Part shown: in pieces, positions 26,572 through 34,338 of the stretch
Position numbering within the stretch: position 1 is the stretch's first letter
Layout of the letters: every line of letters starts with the position of its first letter
Source of the DNA: a virus
IMG/VR virus record: IMGVR_UViG_3300031962_000003
Location: 4,223-68,222 of that record
Length of the DNA: 64,000 nucleotides
Direction: 5' to 3' (one strand)
Notes under the pieces: generated by a model
Told to the model about the DNA's origin: nothing
Database searches by the model: none
Seen by the model: the letters and a program-made list of their open reading frames with translations, nothing else
Position numbers and translations under genes: made by a program

Positions 26572-26880
26572 TCAGCCCTTGACGATCCGGCAGTAGATCT
26601 CGCGCTCCTGCATGACGAGGTAGGTGTCACCCTCGATCGTCACCTCGGTGCCGGCGTTGTGCTTGAACGCGACGCGGTCGGAGGTCTTGACGGTCATCGG
26701 GTGCCGCCGCGTCCCGTCCGCGCTTCCGGCGACGAACAGGCCGGGCCCGACCGCCACGACGTCGCCCTCGTCGGCGATCGAGACGCTGTCCGGGAGCAGG
26801 ATCCCGCCCTCGGTCTTCCGGGAGCCGGATCGCTTAACGATCACGTAGTCATGTAGGGGTGCCGGGACGAGCTTCGCCAT
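26572..26880 (-). CDS. groS: co-chaperonin GroES
   Basis: PLHDYVIVK...KTEGGILLP...GDVVAVGPG...VKTSDRV...GTEV...YLVMQEREI. Confidence 0.9.
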   Translation of the reverse strand: MAKLVPAPLHDYVIVKRSGSRKTEGGILLPDSVSIADEGDVVAVGPGLFVAGSADGTRRHPMTVKTSDRVAFKHNAGTEVTIEGDTYLVMQEREIYCRIVKG

Positions 26881-27226
26881 CGTTCTTCCTCCTTCTGGTG
26901 ACCTTCGGTCTCCTACGACGTACCGCCTCGGCCCGGAGACGCCGGGCCTCGGCACGAGCTTTCTTCTTCGTGAACGGGCCGCCGGCGACGAGCCAGCGGT
27001 GCGTCTTGGCGTCCATCATCAGGATCCCCCAGCCGTTCTCCTTGCACTTGTGCCCCTCGTGCGGGCACATAAACGGAAAGAGGACGACGATCTCGCCGCG
27101 GATGATCTTCCGGCCGGCCTTCAGCTTCCGGAAGCAGGCCAGGTCGATCTCGCCGATCCCGCCATTTTCCGGCAGGCCGCGCTCGCAGGCGATGCAAAAC
27201 GACTCGGCGAACTTCTCTTCGGTCAC
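26849..27226 (-). CDS. hypothetical protein with CxxC
   Basis: GTGA overlap with the recombinase stop. Confidence 0.45.
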   Translation of the reverse strand: MTEEKFAESFCIACERGLPENGGIGEIDLACFRKLKAGRKIIRGEIVVLFPFMCPHEGHKCKENGWGILMMDAKTHRWLVAGGPFTKKKARAEARRLRAEAVRRRRPKVTRRRKNDGEARPGTPT

Positions 27227-27996
27227 CGCAGCTTCTCCATCAGCTTCGAGACCTTCTCCTCGCTCGTGTGGACGTAGATCTTCGCGAGCTCCAGGCTCGA
27301 CCAGCGGAGCTGGGTCCGGACGTAGTTCCAGTCGAAGCCGGCCTCGATCAGTCGACTGGCCCGCGTGTGCCGGAGGATGTGGATCAGGCTGGCGCGGTCC
27401 GGCTTGACGGCGTCGAGGATCTCCTCGAAGACCCGCTGCATGGTCCGGCGGGCGACTGGGAACAGGAGCTCGTCGGGCTGGAACTTCTCGACCCACTTCC
27501 GGAGCAGGCGGACGAACTCGCTCTTGTTGTCGAGGTCGACCGGCAGCTGCGGGTGGCCCTGCTTCTTCTCGGTCGGGATCCGGACGATCGACATGGACCC
27601 GTCCTTCCACTCGAGGTACGTCTTCCGGATCGAGAGGGTCTCCCCGAGCCGGCAGCCGGTCTCGAGCGTGAACCAGAGTGCCATCCGCATGTGCTCGTCC
27701 TCGAGGGCGCGGATCTCCTTCAGAGTCGTCCGGTACTCCTCGTCACCGAGGAACTTCCGGCTGTCGATCGCCGTGTTCGTCGCGGCCGACATTCCCTTGC
27801 TGTACTTCGACCGGCAGCAGCCCTCCGTGCAGGTGATCACCTTCCGGCGGCCGTCGAAGAGGACCTTGATCTTCCGCGGACACTTGTGGCTCGGCGGCGT
27901 GCAGACCTTCGCCCGGCCGCCCATGTTGTACCGGGCCAGGTAGGCCCGGCCGCAGACGAAGCAGGTCGCCTTGACGCTGTAGTCGGTCTTACTCAC
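27223..27996 (-). CDS. tyrosine recombinase with N-terminal Cys-rich (Zn) domain
   Basis: TGCRLGE (R), TEKK (K), HILRHT (HxxR), LRWSS (W), KIYVH (Y); N-terminal CFVC...C...C...CTEGCC. Confidence 0.9.
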   Translation of the reverse strand: MSKTDYSVKATCFVCGRAYLARYNMGGRAKVCTPPSHKCPRKIKVLFDGRRKVITCTEGCCRSKYSKGMSAATNTAIDSRKFLGDEEYRTTLKEIRALEDEHMRMALWFTLETGCRLGETLSIRKTYLEWKDGSMSIVRIPTEKKQGHPQLPVDLDNKSEFVRLLRKWVEKFQPDELLFPVARRTMQRVFEEILDAVKPDRASLIHILRHTRASRLIEAGFDWNYVRTQLRWSSLELAKIYVHTSEEKVSKLMEKLR

Positions 27997-28244
27997 GTCG
28001 TCAGCGTCCCCATACGGGCCTCGCCGATGCGCATCGCCAGGAGCTCGTAGAGCTCCTCGGCGCAGTGGATGTGCATCTGCATCCGGACGTCCTTCTTCGC
28101 GAGGACGAGATTGACCGTCGCGGTCACCTCGAGCGCGATCGATCCCTTCTCGACGTCCTTCGGGCAGACCAGGCACTCGCTCCCGTCCCCGAGGACGACC
28201 TTGAGCTTGTCGTTGATCATTGTCTCTTTCCTCTCCACCACCAT
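27993..28244 (-). CDS. small Zn-binding protein
   Basis: CLVC...HIHC; overlaps the recombinase start. Confidence 0.5.
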   Translation of the reverse strand: MVVERKETMINDKLKVVLGDGSECLVCPKDVEKGSIALEVTATVNLVLAKKDVRMQMHIHCAEELYELLAMRIGEARMGTLTT

Positions 28245-28318
28245 CCGACGGCGACTCCGAGCCAGAACATGATCGTACCGGTAAACGTTCCAACGAACTC
28301 GACCTCTGTTATCATCTA

Positions 28319-28342
28319 GGCACTCAAGTTCTGTTCTGTGCC
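28319..28342. repeat. motif-1 site upstream of the recombinase operon
   Basis: GGCACTCAA-gttctg-TTCTGTGCC. Confidence 0.85.
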
Positions 28343-28462
28343 AATCTACTCCACGCCATCTTCCAGGTCAATCGGTTTACGGTCGTGTATACTCCAGTCG
28401 AAGACACGCCCCAACGGGGCCGAGGCCTGGTCGGGCTGTTCCGATTGGACCTCGGCCCTACT

Positions 28463-28939
28463 CTAGAAGCTCACCCAGTTTCCGGCTCCGTACTTCCGGT
28501 CGAAGAACTTCTCGTACGGCTCCCACTCGCACTCGATAGATCTGGTAGGGTTCACGCGCCGATAAAAACCCCAGTGGCGCTTCTTTCCGGTCACGAGGAC
28601 AAGCGTCCAGGCTGGGCGCTCGAGGACCAGCCGATGCGCGTCTTCGGCCTTGTGTCGAACTATATTTCCAGCTCGTATACGTCTTGGCCAATCCTGAACA
28701 CCTAGGTGATCTGGGACGGAGTTTATCTCGTGGTACCCCTCCCATAGGATCAACGAGACGAAGTTCCAGGGATGATCGTGAAGCTCAATATCCTCGTCGC
28801 TCCGGAGGATGTGGTGCAGGAAGATCTTAAACCAAGGACACCGAAACAGCTTGTAGCGGACCATGTAAACGTCGTTCTCGTCAGACGAGATCACAACGTG
28901 CGGAAGGATTCTCCTTAGGATTCGGTCGATCCAGTTCAT
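28463..28939 (-). CDS. cupin-fold protein (HDHPW family)
   Basis: LHHILRSD...LHDHPW..SLILWEGY...HRL...WTL...WGF. Confidence 0.75.
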   Translation of the reverse strand: MNWIDRILRRILPHVVISSDENDVYMVRYKLFRCPWFKIFLHHILRSDEDIELHDHPWNFVSLILWEGYHEINSVPDHLGVQDWPRRIRAGNIVRHKAEDAHRLVLERPAWTLVLVTGKKRHWGFYRRVNPTRSIECEWEPYEKFFDRKYGAGNWVSF

Positions 28940-28941
28940 AG

Positions 28942-29214
28942 CTAAAACGGAATGTCCTCGTCCTCCGTACCCTTCAAATTGTCGTAGACGACCCTGACCG
29001 TTCGACGAAGCCCCCAGATGTACTTCTTTCCCCACACCTTTTTCAGTCGCTCCATCGACTCCTCCGGAACCTCGCAGTGATCGAAGCACTGGGCTTCCTT
29101 GTTGTGCGAGCCGGCCGACACACCGATCGCCTCGAGTTCCTTCTGCTCGTCGAGACGGCCGCCGATCCAGCCGATGTAGATGACTCTAGTCTTTGCCACG
29201 GTCTGACGGGTCAA
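28942..29214 (-). CDS. hypothetical protein
   Basis: Ends EDEDIPF (acidic SSB-like tail). Confidence 0.45.
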   Translation of the reverse strand: MTRQTVAKTRVIYIGWIGGRLDEQKELEAIGVSAGSHNKEAQCFDHCEVPEESMERLKKVWGKKYIWGLRRTVRVVYDNLKGTEDEDIPF

Positions 29215-29554
29215 GTTCCTTGATTCTCTCGTTCAGGTAAAAACGAGCCTTTTTTAAGTCTTGGGCGGTCTTCGTCGAATCCTTCTTCCCAGCCCGGGCG
29301 ATGTACTTGACCGTGTTCCAGAGGTACGCGTCCCGGTCGAGGCCCCAGGCCTTCAGGACTTTGATCACCTCGTAGACGGTGTCGCCGCCGTAGTGGGAAG
29401 GATGGTTTACAGCCTCTCGATCCCTATAAGCTCTCTCAAGAACCGGAGCTCCAGTCGCACCGCAACCCTTGTGGGGAGTAATGTACCCCTCTTTCGTGAG
29501 CCTGATACCGTCAGTCCCGCAGATCCCGCACTTGCCGACCTTGTGTAGAGCCAT
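29186..29554 (-). CDS. DUF3310/SaV-like protein
   Basis: VNHPSHY...NTVKYIARAGKK...DLKKARFYL. Confidence 0.8.
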   Translation of the reverse strand: MALHKVGKCGICGTDGIRLTKEGYITPHKGCGATGAPVLERAYRDREAVNHPSHYGGDTVYEVIKVLKAWGLDRDAYLWNTVKYIARAGKKDSTKTAQDLKKARFYLNERIKELDPSDRGKD

Positions 29555-29565
29555 CGCCCCTCTCC

Positions 29566-30357
29566 TTAGATCTTCGAGTTCGGAGTTACCCATTCCCCTT
29601 TTTCGTTCCGCGTGAAGTCCTGGAAGACGTTCGGCCAGCGGGCCTTCGAGATGTGGGCGACCTCGTCGAAGACGAGTCGGATCTCCACCTCGGCCGACTC
29701 CGCGGTCCGGAGCTCGACGAGGTGCCGAAGCGCCCGGAAGTTCATCGACATCCCGATCGTCGTCGCCAGGCCGATCGGCGCGAGCCGGCGCATCGCCGAG
29801 GTGATTTTCTTCTTGGTCTCGAAGTTCGTCCCGGGCTCGTCGAGGTGGAAGTGATCGGCCATCCTCAGCTGGATCTCCTCGAGGCTTCTGAAAGTCGTCT
29901 CAAAGAGGTCGACCAGGCCGGCCTCGTGCTCGATCTCCTGCGGGAGCCAGAGGCCGAGGTCCGTCAGACGGACGTACCGGAGCGACTCCTGGCTGAAGGC
30001 AGTCCCAACCCGGTGCCGGACGAGCTCGTGCGTGAAGACGCGCGAGACGTCGGCGAAGATCCAGTTCGTCTGGGAGTGCTCGAGGACCGAGCCGTGCCGG
30101 GACTTGATGATGTTCGCGAGGTAAACGTCGTTCCCCTCGCGGACCTTCTGGACGTTGGGATTCAGGCCGGGCTTGAAGGCCCTGTAGCAGACGCGTCCCA
30201 TCACTTCGACCAGCGTCTCGGCGTCGGACTGCTTTCCGTCCCGGAGGTTATCCTCCCCCCACTCCGGAGCGCCGACGTGCTCGAGGTACTGACGAAGACT
30301 TGAGTAGTCGAAGTACGTTTCGCCGACCAGGAACACTTTAGGTTGGACACGTCTCAT
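29566..30357 (-). CDS. thyX: flavin-dependent thymidylate synthase
   Basis: HGSVLEH, SRVFTHELVRHR, FSQESLRY, NFRALRH, AEVEIR. Confidence 0.95.
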   Translation of the reverse strand: MRRVQPKVFLVGETYFDYSSLRQYLEHVGAPEWGEDNLRDGKQSDAETLVEVMGRVCYRAFKPGLNPNVQKVREGNDVYLANIIKSRHGSVLEHSQTNWIFADVSRVFTHELVRHRVGTAFSQESLRYVRLTDLGLWLPQEIEHEAGLVDLFETTFRSLEEIQLRMADHFHLDEPGTNFETKKKITSAMRRLAPIGLATTIGMSMNFRALRHLVELRTAESAEVEIRLVFDEVAHISKARWPNVFQDFTRNEKGEWVTPNSKI

Positions 30358-30372
30358 CTTCCGTCTCCTCTC

Positions 30373-30636
30373 TTACCGTTCCGAAACTCTGATCTCTCCG
30401 TTGCTGATTCTGTCCCAGACTGCCTTCAGTTCGATATAGCCATTGGTCCAGGAGATCCCGTTGAGGTCCATGTCGCGCACTGCGTGGGCGATCGCATCCC
30501 TGATCTCCTTTGTTATCAACACGTCCATCGTCGCGATGTGCCGCTTCAAGCAGGTGTCACACAGCTTCACGCTGCCCCACATCCCGAGCGGACCTCCGCA
30601 GCGCGGGCAGAGTTCAGGAGAAAACGGTACGCTCAT
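30373..30636 (-). CDS. Zn-finger protein
   Basis: CPRCGG...CDTC. Confidence 0.5.
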   Translation of the reverse strand: MSVPFSPELCPRCGGPLGMWGSVKLCDTCLKRHIATMDVLITKEIRDAIAHAVRDMDLNGISWTNGYIELKAVWDRISNGEIRVSER

Positions 30637-31004
30637 CTGACGTCCACCACATAATGGTCCGGGTCCAAAACGATCGTAACCGTGACATTCGATGCCTGAG
30701 CGATCTTGATCTTTCCGAGAAGTGTTTCGGAGGACACGGTGAATCTGATTAGAACTGGATCCGGAACTACATCCGGCTGGCAGAGGTCGATCATGACCGT
30801 ATCGAGATCGCCCTCCCAATTCTTAAAGAGGAGACCGGCCCTATACAGCCGTTTAACGGTTCCGGTCTGTAGAGTGGCTACCCCTCTCTGCCCAGCCCCG
30901 GAACCCCTGATGTGACTTACCGGAAGAACTACGCAGAACAGGACGATGGCCAGCATCGCCGCCATCGCAAGAGCTGTAGCAAAGACCTCAAACAGCTTAC
31001 TCAT
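30633..31004 (-). CDS. membrane-anchored protein
   Basis: N-terminal TM; GLLFKNWEGDL motif. Confidence 0.55.
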   Translation of the reverse strand: MSKLFEVFATALAMAAMLAIVLFCVVLPVSHIRGSGAGQRGVATLQTGTVKRLYRAGLLFKNWEGDLDTVMIDLCQPDVVPDPVLIRFTVSSETLLGKIKIAQASNVTVTIVLDPDHYVVDVR

Positions 31005-31237
31005 TGCTTGTGGTTCCAGTGCGGGTAGACCTGGACGATCCTCGGAGTCCTTTTGCTGACGTCGACGGCGTAGAGTGTGTCTGTCTCGTCGTCGTAGAGT
31101 TCAAGCATGGCGATTCTCTCTATGTGCGCCTCTACGTGATCCGGGGCGCTACTGGCGATCTCGAGTCGTGTCAGACCGTTGATTCGCGATGGGCAGCAGC
31201 CGCCAACCAAGAGCAAAATCAGTAGAAGGTATTTCAT
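31001..31237 (-). CDS. putative lipoprotein
   Basis: MKYLLLILLLVGGC lipobox-like signal. Confidence 0.5.
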   Translation of the reverse strand: MKYLLLILLLVGGCCPSRINGLTRLEIASSAPDHVEAHIERIAMLELYDDETDTLYAVDVSKRTPRIVQVYPHWNHKQ

Positions 31238-31419
31238 GCTTTCCTTTCGCTGGATTTGCGAACGTTCTTTGTGAACCGTATCCGGCTGGCGATCTCGTCG
31301 CAGGCCGCGTTCCATCCCTCATTCTGTCGCTGGTAGCCGGTCATGACCTTCATCTCTTCGGCCATCCGGGCAAGCCCTTCCTTCAACTGATTGCCGGAAA
31401 GTCTCTTCAGCTTTGTCAT
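31234..31419 (-). CDS. hypothetical protein
   Basis: GWNAACDEI motif common in small phage proteins. Confidence 0.5.
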   Translation of the reverse strand: MTKLKRLSGNQLKEGLARMAEEMKVMTGYQRQNEGWNAACDEIASRIRFTKNVRKSSERKA

Positions 31420-31421
31420 GG

Positions 31422-31964
31422 TTAAGCCTCGCCTTTCATCGTCTCTTCGTTCAACTTCTTGACGCTGATTTCCCCTCTGGCGAGCTGGCCCAGAAGGTCG
31501 CCGCCGTGGGCGATACCGTCGTCGCGCTGGCTCCTCAGCGCGGCCCGCACCGCCAAGTCAAGGCGGTCGATCGCCTTCCCGGTCGCTGCCGGGCCTTTGT
31601 AGACCAGCGCCTTTTCGTAGAACGTGGTGTAGTAGGTTCGCCCGCGGGTCTCCGCAGGAATCGGAGTGACGTCTTTGGCGTAGGCGTCCCTATGGGACTT
31701 CGACGGGGTCAAGACTCGCCGGGTCAACGCCTGGAACGCCTCGATCAGTTCCTTCCTAATTTCGTCGTCACGAACGAAAAAGTGGGGCCAGTCCGGGACC
31801 AGCCGGAACAGAGCCCCTTCCTTGCTCTCCTCTTTGTGGTCCGCGTCCATCTTGACGGCCCTTCCCAGCGAGAGCAGCTTCGCGCATTCGTCGCAAAGGC
31901 GGTCGGCATAGCGCCAACCCTTCGCTCCGCACCCGTGGCAAGGCTTATAAGTTCCGTGATTCAT
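31422..31964 (-). CDS. hypothetical protein with N-terminal Zn finger
   Basis: CHGC...CDEC; C-terminal GDLLGQLARGEI. Confidence 0.55.
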   Translation of the reverse strand: MNHGTYKPCHGCGAKGWRYADRLCDECAKLLSLGRAVKMDADHKEESKEGALFRLVPDWPHFFVRDDEIRKELIEAFQALTRRVLTPSKSHRDAYAKDVTPIPAETRGRTYYTTFYEKALVYKGPAATGKAIDRLDLAVRAALRSQRDDGIAHGGDLLGQLARGEISVKKLNEETMKGEA

Positions 31965-31976
31965 GGTATAGCTCTT

Positions 31977-32411
31977 CTATGCCCCGTAAAGTTTCTCGTA
32001 GTCCGTCCACTTTACGAACCGTGTCCCGCCGTCGACCCAGAATCCCCACGTCTTGCGCTTCGGCCCGGTGAACACCAGCGTCCAGACCGGGCGACGGCTA
32101 CACTCCCGGATCGAATGGCGGTCGGTAGAACTCTTCCAGTTCCACCAGTGGACCTTCTTCACCCCGGCTGGGGTGTCCTCGACGTAGGAGCCCCACAGGA
32201 CGACGGACAGGAAGCTCCAGGGATGGTCGTGCATGTCCCGCTGGCGGTCTGGCCGGTAGATCCGGTGCAGCATGATCTGGAACCATGGCGTCACGATGAT
32301 CCGGAGCCGGTCGAGGTACTCGTCGCCCGGCGTCCCGATGATGAACCGGTCGAAGAGATCCCACCGCTTCGGCGGCTTGTAGTTCCAGGGCTTTGCTTCT
32401 GTCTTCGCCAT
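31977..32411 (-). CDS. cupin-fold protein (HDHPW family), paralogue of 28463-28939
   Basis: LHRIYRPD...MHDHPWSFLSVVLWGSY...WTLVFTG...WGF. Confidence 0.75.
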   Translation of the reverse strand: MAKTEAKPWNYKPPKRWDLFDRFIIGTPGDEYLDRLRIIVTPWFQIMLHRIYRPDRQRDMHDHPWSFLSVVLWGSYVEDTPAGVKKVHWWNWKSSTDRHSIRECSRRPVWTLVFTGPKRKTWGFWVDGGTRFVKWTDYEKLYGA

Positions 32412-32416
32412 AGCAT

Positions 32417-32635
32417 TCAATCCTCGTCGTAGAATCCGACGATCTTGCAGAGCTTGGCGACGAACTCTGGGGCCTCAATCTGGGGGGCGTCCCGCTGCAT
32501 TACGGACTCCTCGCCGCCGATCTTGTGCCGCTTTACGAAATCTCGGACCAGCCTAAGAAGCTCGCTGCCCCTCTCGAAATCTGCGCGTTCGTCCTCGGCA
32601 TCCTTCGAGTCGCGGTCGCCGTCATCGAATCCCAT
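32417..32635 (-). CDS. hypothetical protein
   Basis: FVKRHKI..ESV.Q.D...A.EFV...C.IVG pattern. Confidence 0.5.
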   Translation of the reverse strand: MGFDDGDRDSKDAEDERADFERGSELLRLVRDFVKRHKIGGEESVMQRDAPQIEAPEFVAKLCKIVGFYDED

Positions 32636-32663
32636 TTCTTTACCCTTCCGGATAGCAATCATC

Positions 32664-33065
32664 TCACTTCTTGAAAATCGCGCAGGACGGGGAGTGTTGC
32701 CCGGCTCCATCCATTGCGGGAACAAAGCAATCGCACTCCGGCTTGGCTTTTGGCTTTTCTACGACCTTGTGATTGCAGTAGTGATTCCGTACCTTTCCGC
32801 AATGGCACGGTTCCCCGCAGTCGCAAACTGACTTTTCAGCGCATTCACAAATTGTTGAGTCCTTGTCGTGCTCGTCGCACTTCGGCCCGGCCACGCCACG
32901 ATCCAAAGCCTTCCATCTGTTAGAGAAAGTCAGGCAGGCACAACAGCCGTCGCACTTCCGGACAGCGGCCTGATACTCGCCAATCTTCAGCTCCAACTCC
33001 CTCACCTTAGCGCGGAGCATGTCGATTCGGGCCCCAGGCGTCATTAGTTCGTCCTGTTCGCTCAT
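32664..33065 (-). CDS. Cys-rich coiled-coil protein
   Basis: ATGA overlap; many Cys. Confidence 0.5.
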   Translation of the reverse strand: MSEQDELMTPGARIDMLRAKVRELELKIGEYQAAVRKCDGCCACLTFSNRWKALDRGVAGPKCDEHDKDSTICECAEKSVCDCGEPCHCGKVRNHYCNHKVVEKPKAKPECDCFVPAMDGAGQHSPSCAIFKK

Positions 33066-33373
33066 GCGCCATCTTTCTTTTCCAAGAAGTCCCTGATCGC
33101 AGAGGCCCACCGACAGTCTTCATTCTCAATTCGCAGGAGCATTTCCTTGTAGCGGGTCAGGTCTTGGATCTTGAGTTCCAACTTTTCAGCCTTGTCGATC
33201 CATTCAGCGTGGCAGACAGCGCAGGCACTGCCTGCGTGCTCCGGAGGATGATTGCAGGTGAACGGACCGCGGAGCCGATCGATCTCCTCGATCAGCTCGT
33301 CCATCCAGGTGGACTTCGGGCCGTCGACGGCTGCAGCCATCTGCCGAAGCTCTTCCAGGCGAGCAGGGGTCAT
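33062..33373 (-). CDS. Ead/Ea22-like small phage protein
   Basis: MTPARLEEL...ELIEEIDRLR. Confidence 0.5.
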   Translation of the reverse strand: MTPARLEELRQMAAAVDGPKSTWMDELIEEIDRLRGPFTCNHPPEHAGSACAVCHAEWIDKAEKLELKIQDLTRYKEMLLRIENEDCRWASAIRDFLEKKDGA

Positions 33374-33474
33374 AGCCTCACCTTAGATTTACAGGGGCGA
33401 GGGCTCGGAACCCTACGCCCCACGAACACCAGCGGCCCGGGACTTCCCGGCCGGTCGGCATAACTGTCGTCCAT

Positions 33475-33498
33475 GGCACTAAATCACAGATGAGTGCC
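33475..33498. repeat. motif-1 variant site
   Basis: GGCACTAAA-tcacag-ATGAGTGCC, overlapping the stop of 33484-33762. Confidence 0.65.
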
Positions 33499-33762
33499 GT
33501 TTTTCTTTGACTTTCGGTCCTCTTCGACGAGCTCGACCATCTTGTCCTTGGCGAACTTGTAGGCCGCGATCCACTCCTGGACGATCCTGGCCGCCTTCAG
33601 ATAGGCCTCGGACGGCGTCTTTGTGATCTCCTGACCCGGGACGTAGGTCGCCCAGATCAGATCCCGGAGCCGTTTCGGCAGCGTGAACCAGTGGGTCCGA
33701 CAACCCCACATCTTCGGAGGAACTGGCTGTCCGCATTCCGGCCAATGGCAGGTATGAGTCAT
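33484..33762 (-). CDS. phage hypothetical protein (CHWPxC...CxxHW)
   Basis: HTCHWPECG..VPPKMWGCRTHWFTLP...YVPGQE. Confidence 0.65.
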   Translation of the reverse strand: MTHTCHWPECGQPVPPKMWGCRTHWFTLPKRLRDLIWATYVPGQEITKTPSEAYLKAARIVQEWIAAYKFAKDKMVELVEEDRKSKKNGTHL

Positions 33763-34040
33763 ACAATCCCACACAACCGCTTCGCGCGGGCATGATCCAT
33801 TAGGCGGACGTTTGTCTTTACGCCAATTCCGCGAGATCCTCTCTGACCCCACCGAACCCCGACCAGTAGGATGCCGGCGTCGTTAATGGCCTTTAAAATT
33901 CTCCAGACCTGCCGACGCGACAGCTCGGTGAGCTCCATAAGCTCCTGTATGTCCGCACCGAACCGATGATCGGTTAGGTAGATCAGAACTTTCAGAGCCC
34001 GATCCACCGAGCATCCACGGTACCGATTCTCTCCACTCAT
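33759..34040 (-). CDS. HTH DNA-binding protein
   Basis: SVDRALKVL...IQELMELTELSRRQVWRIL. Confidence 0.65.
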   Translation of the reverse strand: MSGENRYRGCSVDRALKVLIYLTDHRFGADIQELMELTELSRRQVWRILKAINDAGILLVGVRWGQRGSRGIGVKTNVRLMDHARAKRLCGIV

Positions 34041-34041
34041 A

Positions 34042-34320
34042 TCACTTCTTCGCGCGCCTCTGGCGCTCCTTCAGGAGCGCGTCGGCGTACTCGGCGGCGT
34101 GGATAGCCGACCACTTCGGATCGGCGAGCTCCTTCTTGTCGGAGCCGGACATGATGACCGCGGCCAAGGCTTGCTGAGCAGTGGCGTCCCAGAAGAGCGA
34201 ATCGTACGCGATCGCGATCTTCTCGACCGCCTTGCCGGCGGCCTCGTGGGCGTGCCGGTGGGCGAGCTCGTCGGGGATGCGACGAGCGGGCAGACCGCTA
34301 TCCTTCGGATCCTTTGGCAT
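34042..34320 (-). CDS. hypothetical protein
   Basis: AAEYADALL motif; SD GGAGG. Confidence 0.55.
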   Translation of the reverse strand: MPKDPKDSGLPARRIPDELAHRHAHEAAGKAVEKIAIAYDSLFWDATAQQALAAVIMSGSDKKELADPKWSAIHAAEYADALLKERQRRAKK

Positions 34321-34338
34321 GTACCCCTCCCTTTGAAC

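Noticed and set aside
27223-28460. attP site or prophage boundary at the recombinase
   Set aside because: Viral genes continue on both sides; no tRNA fragment or host genes in the window
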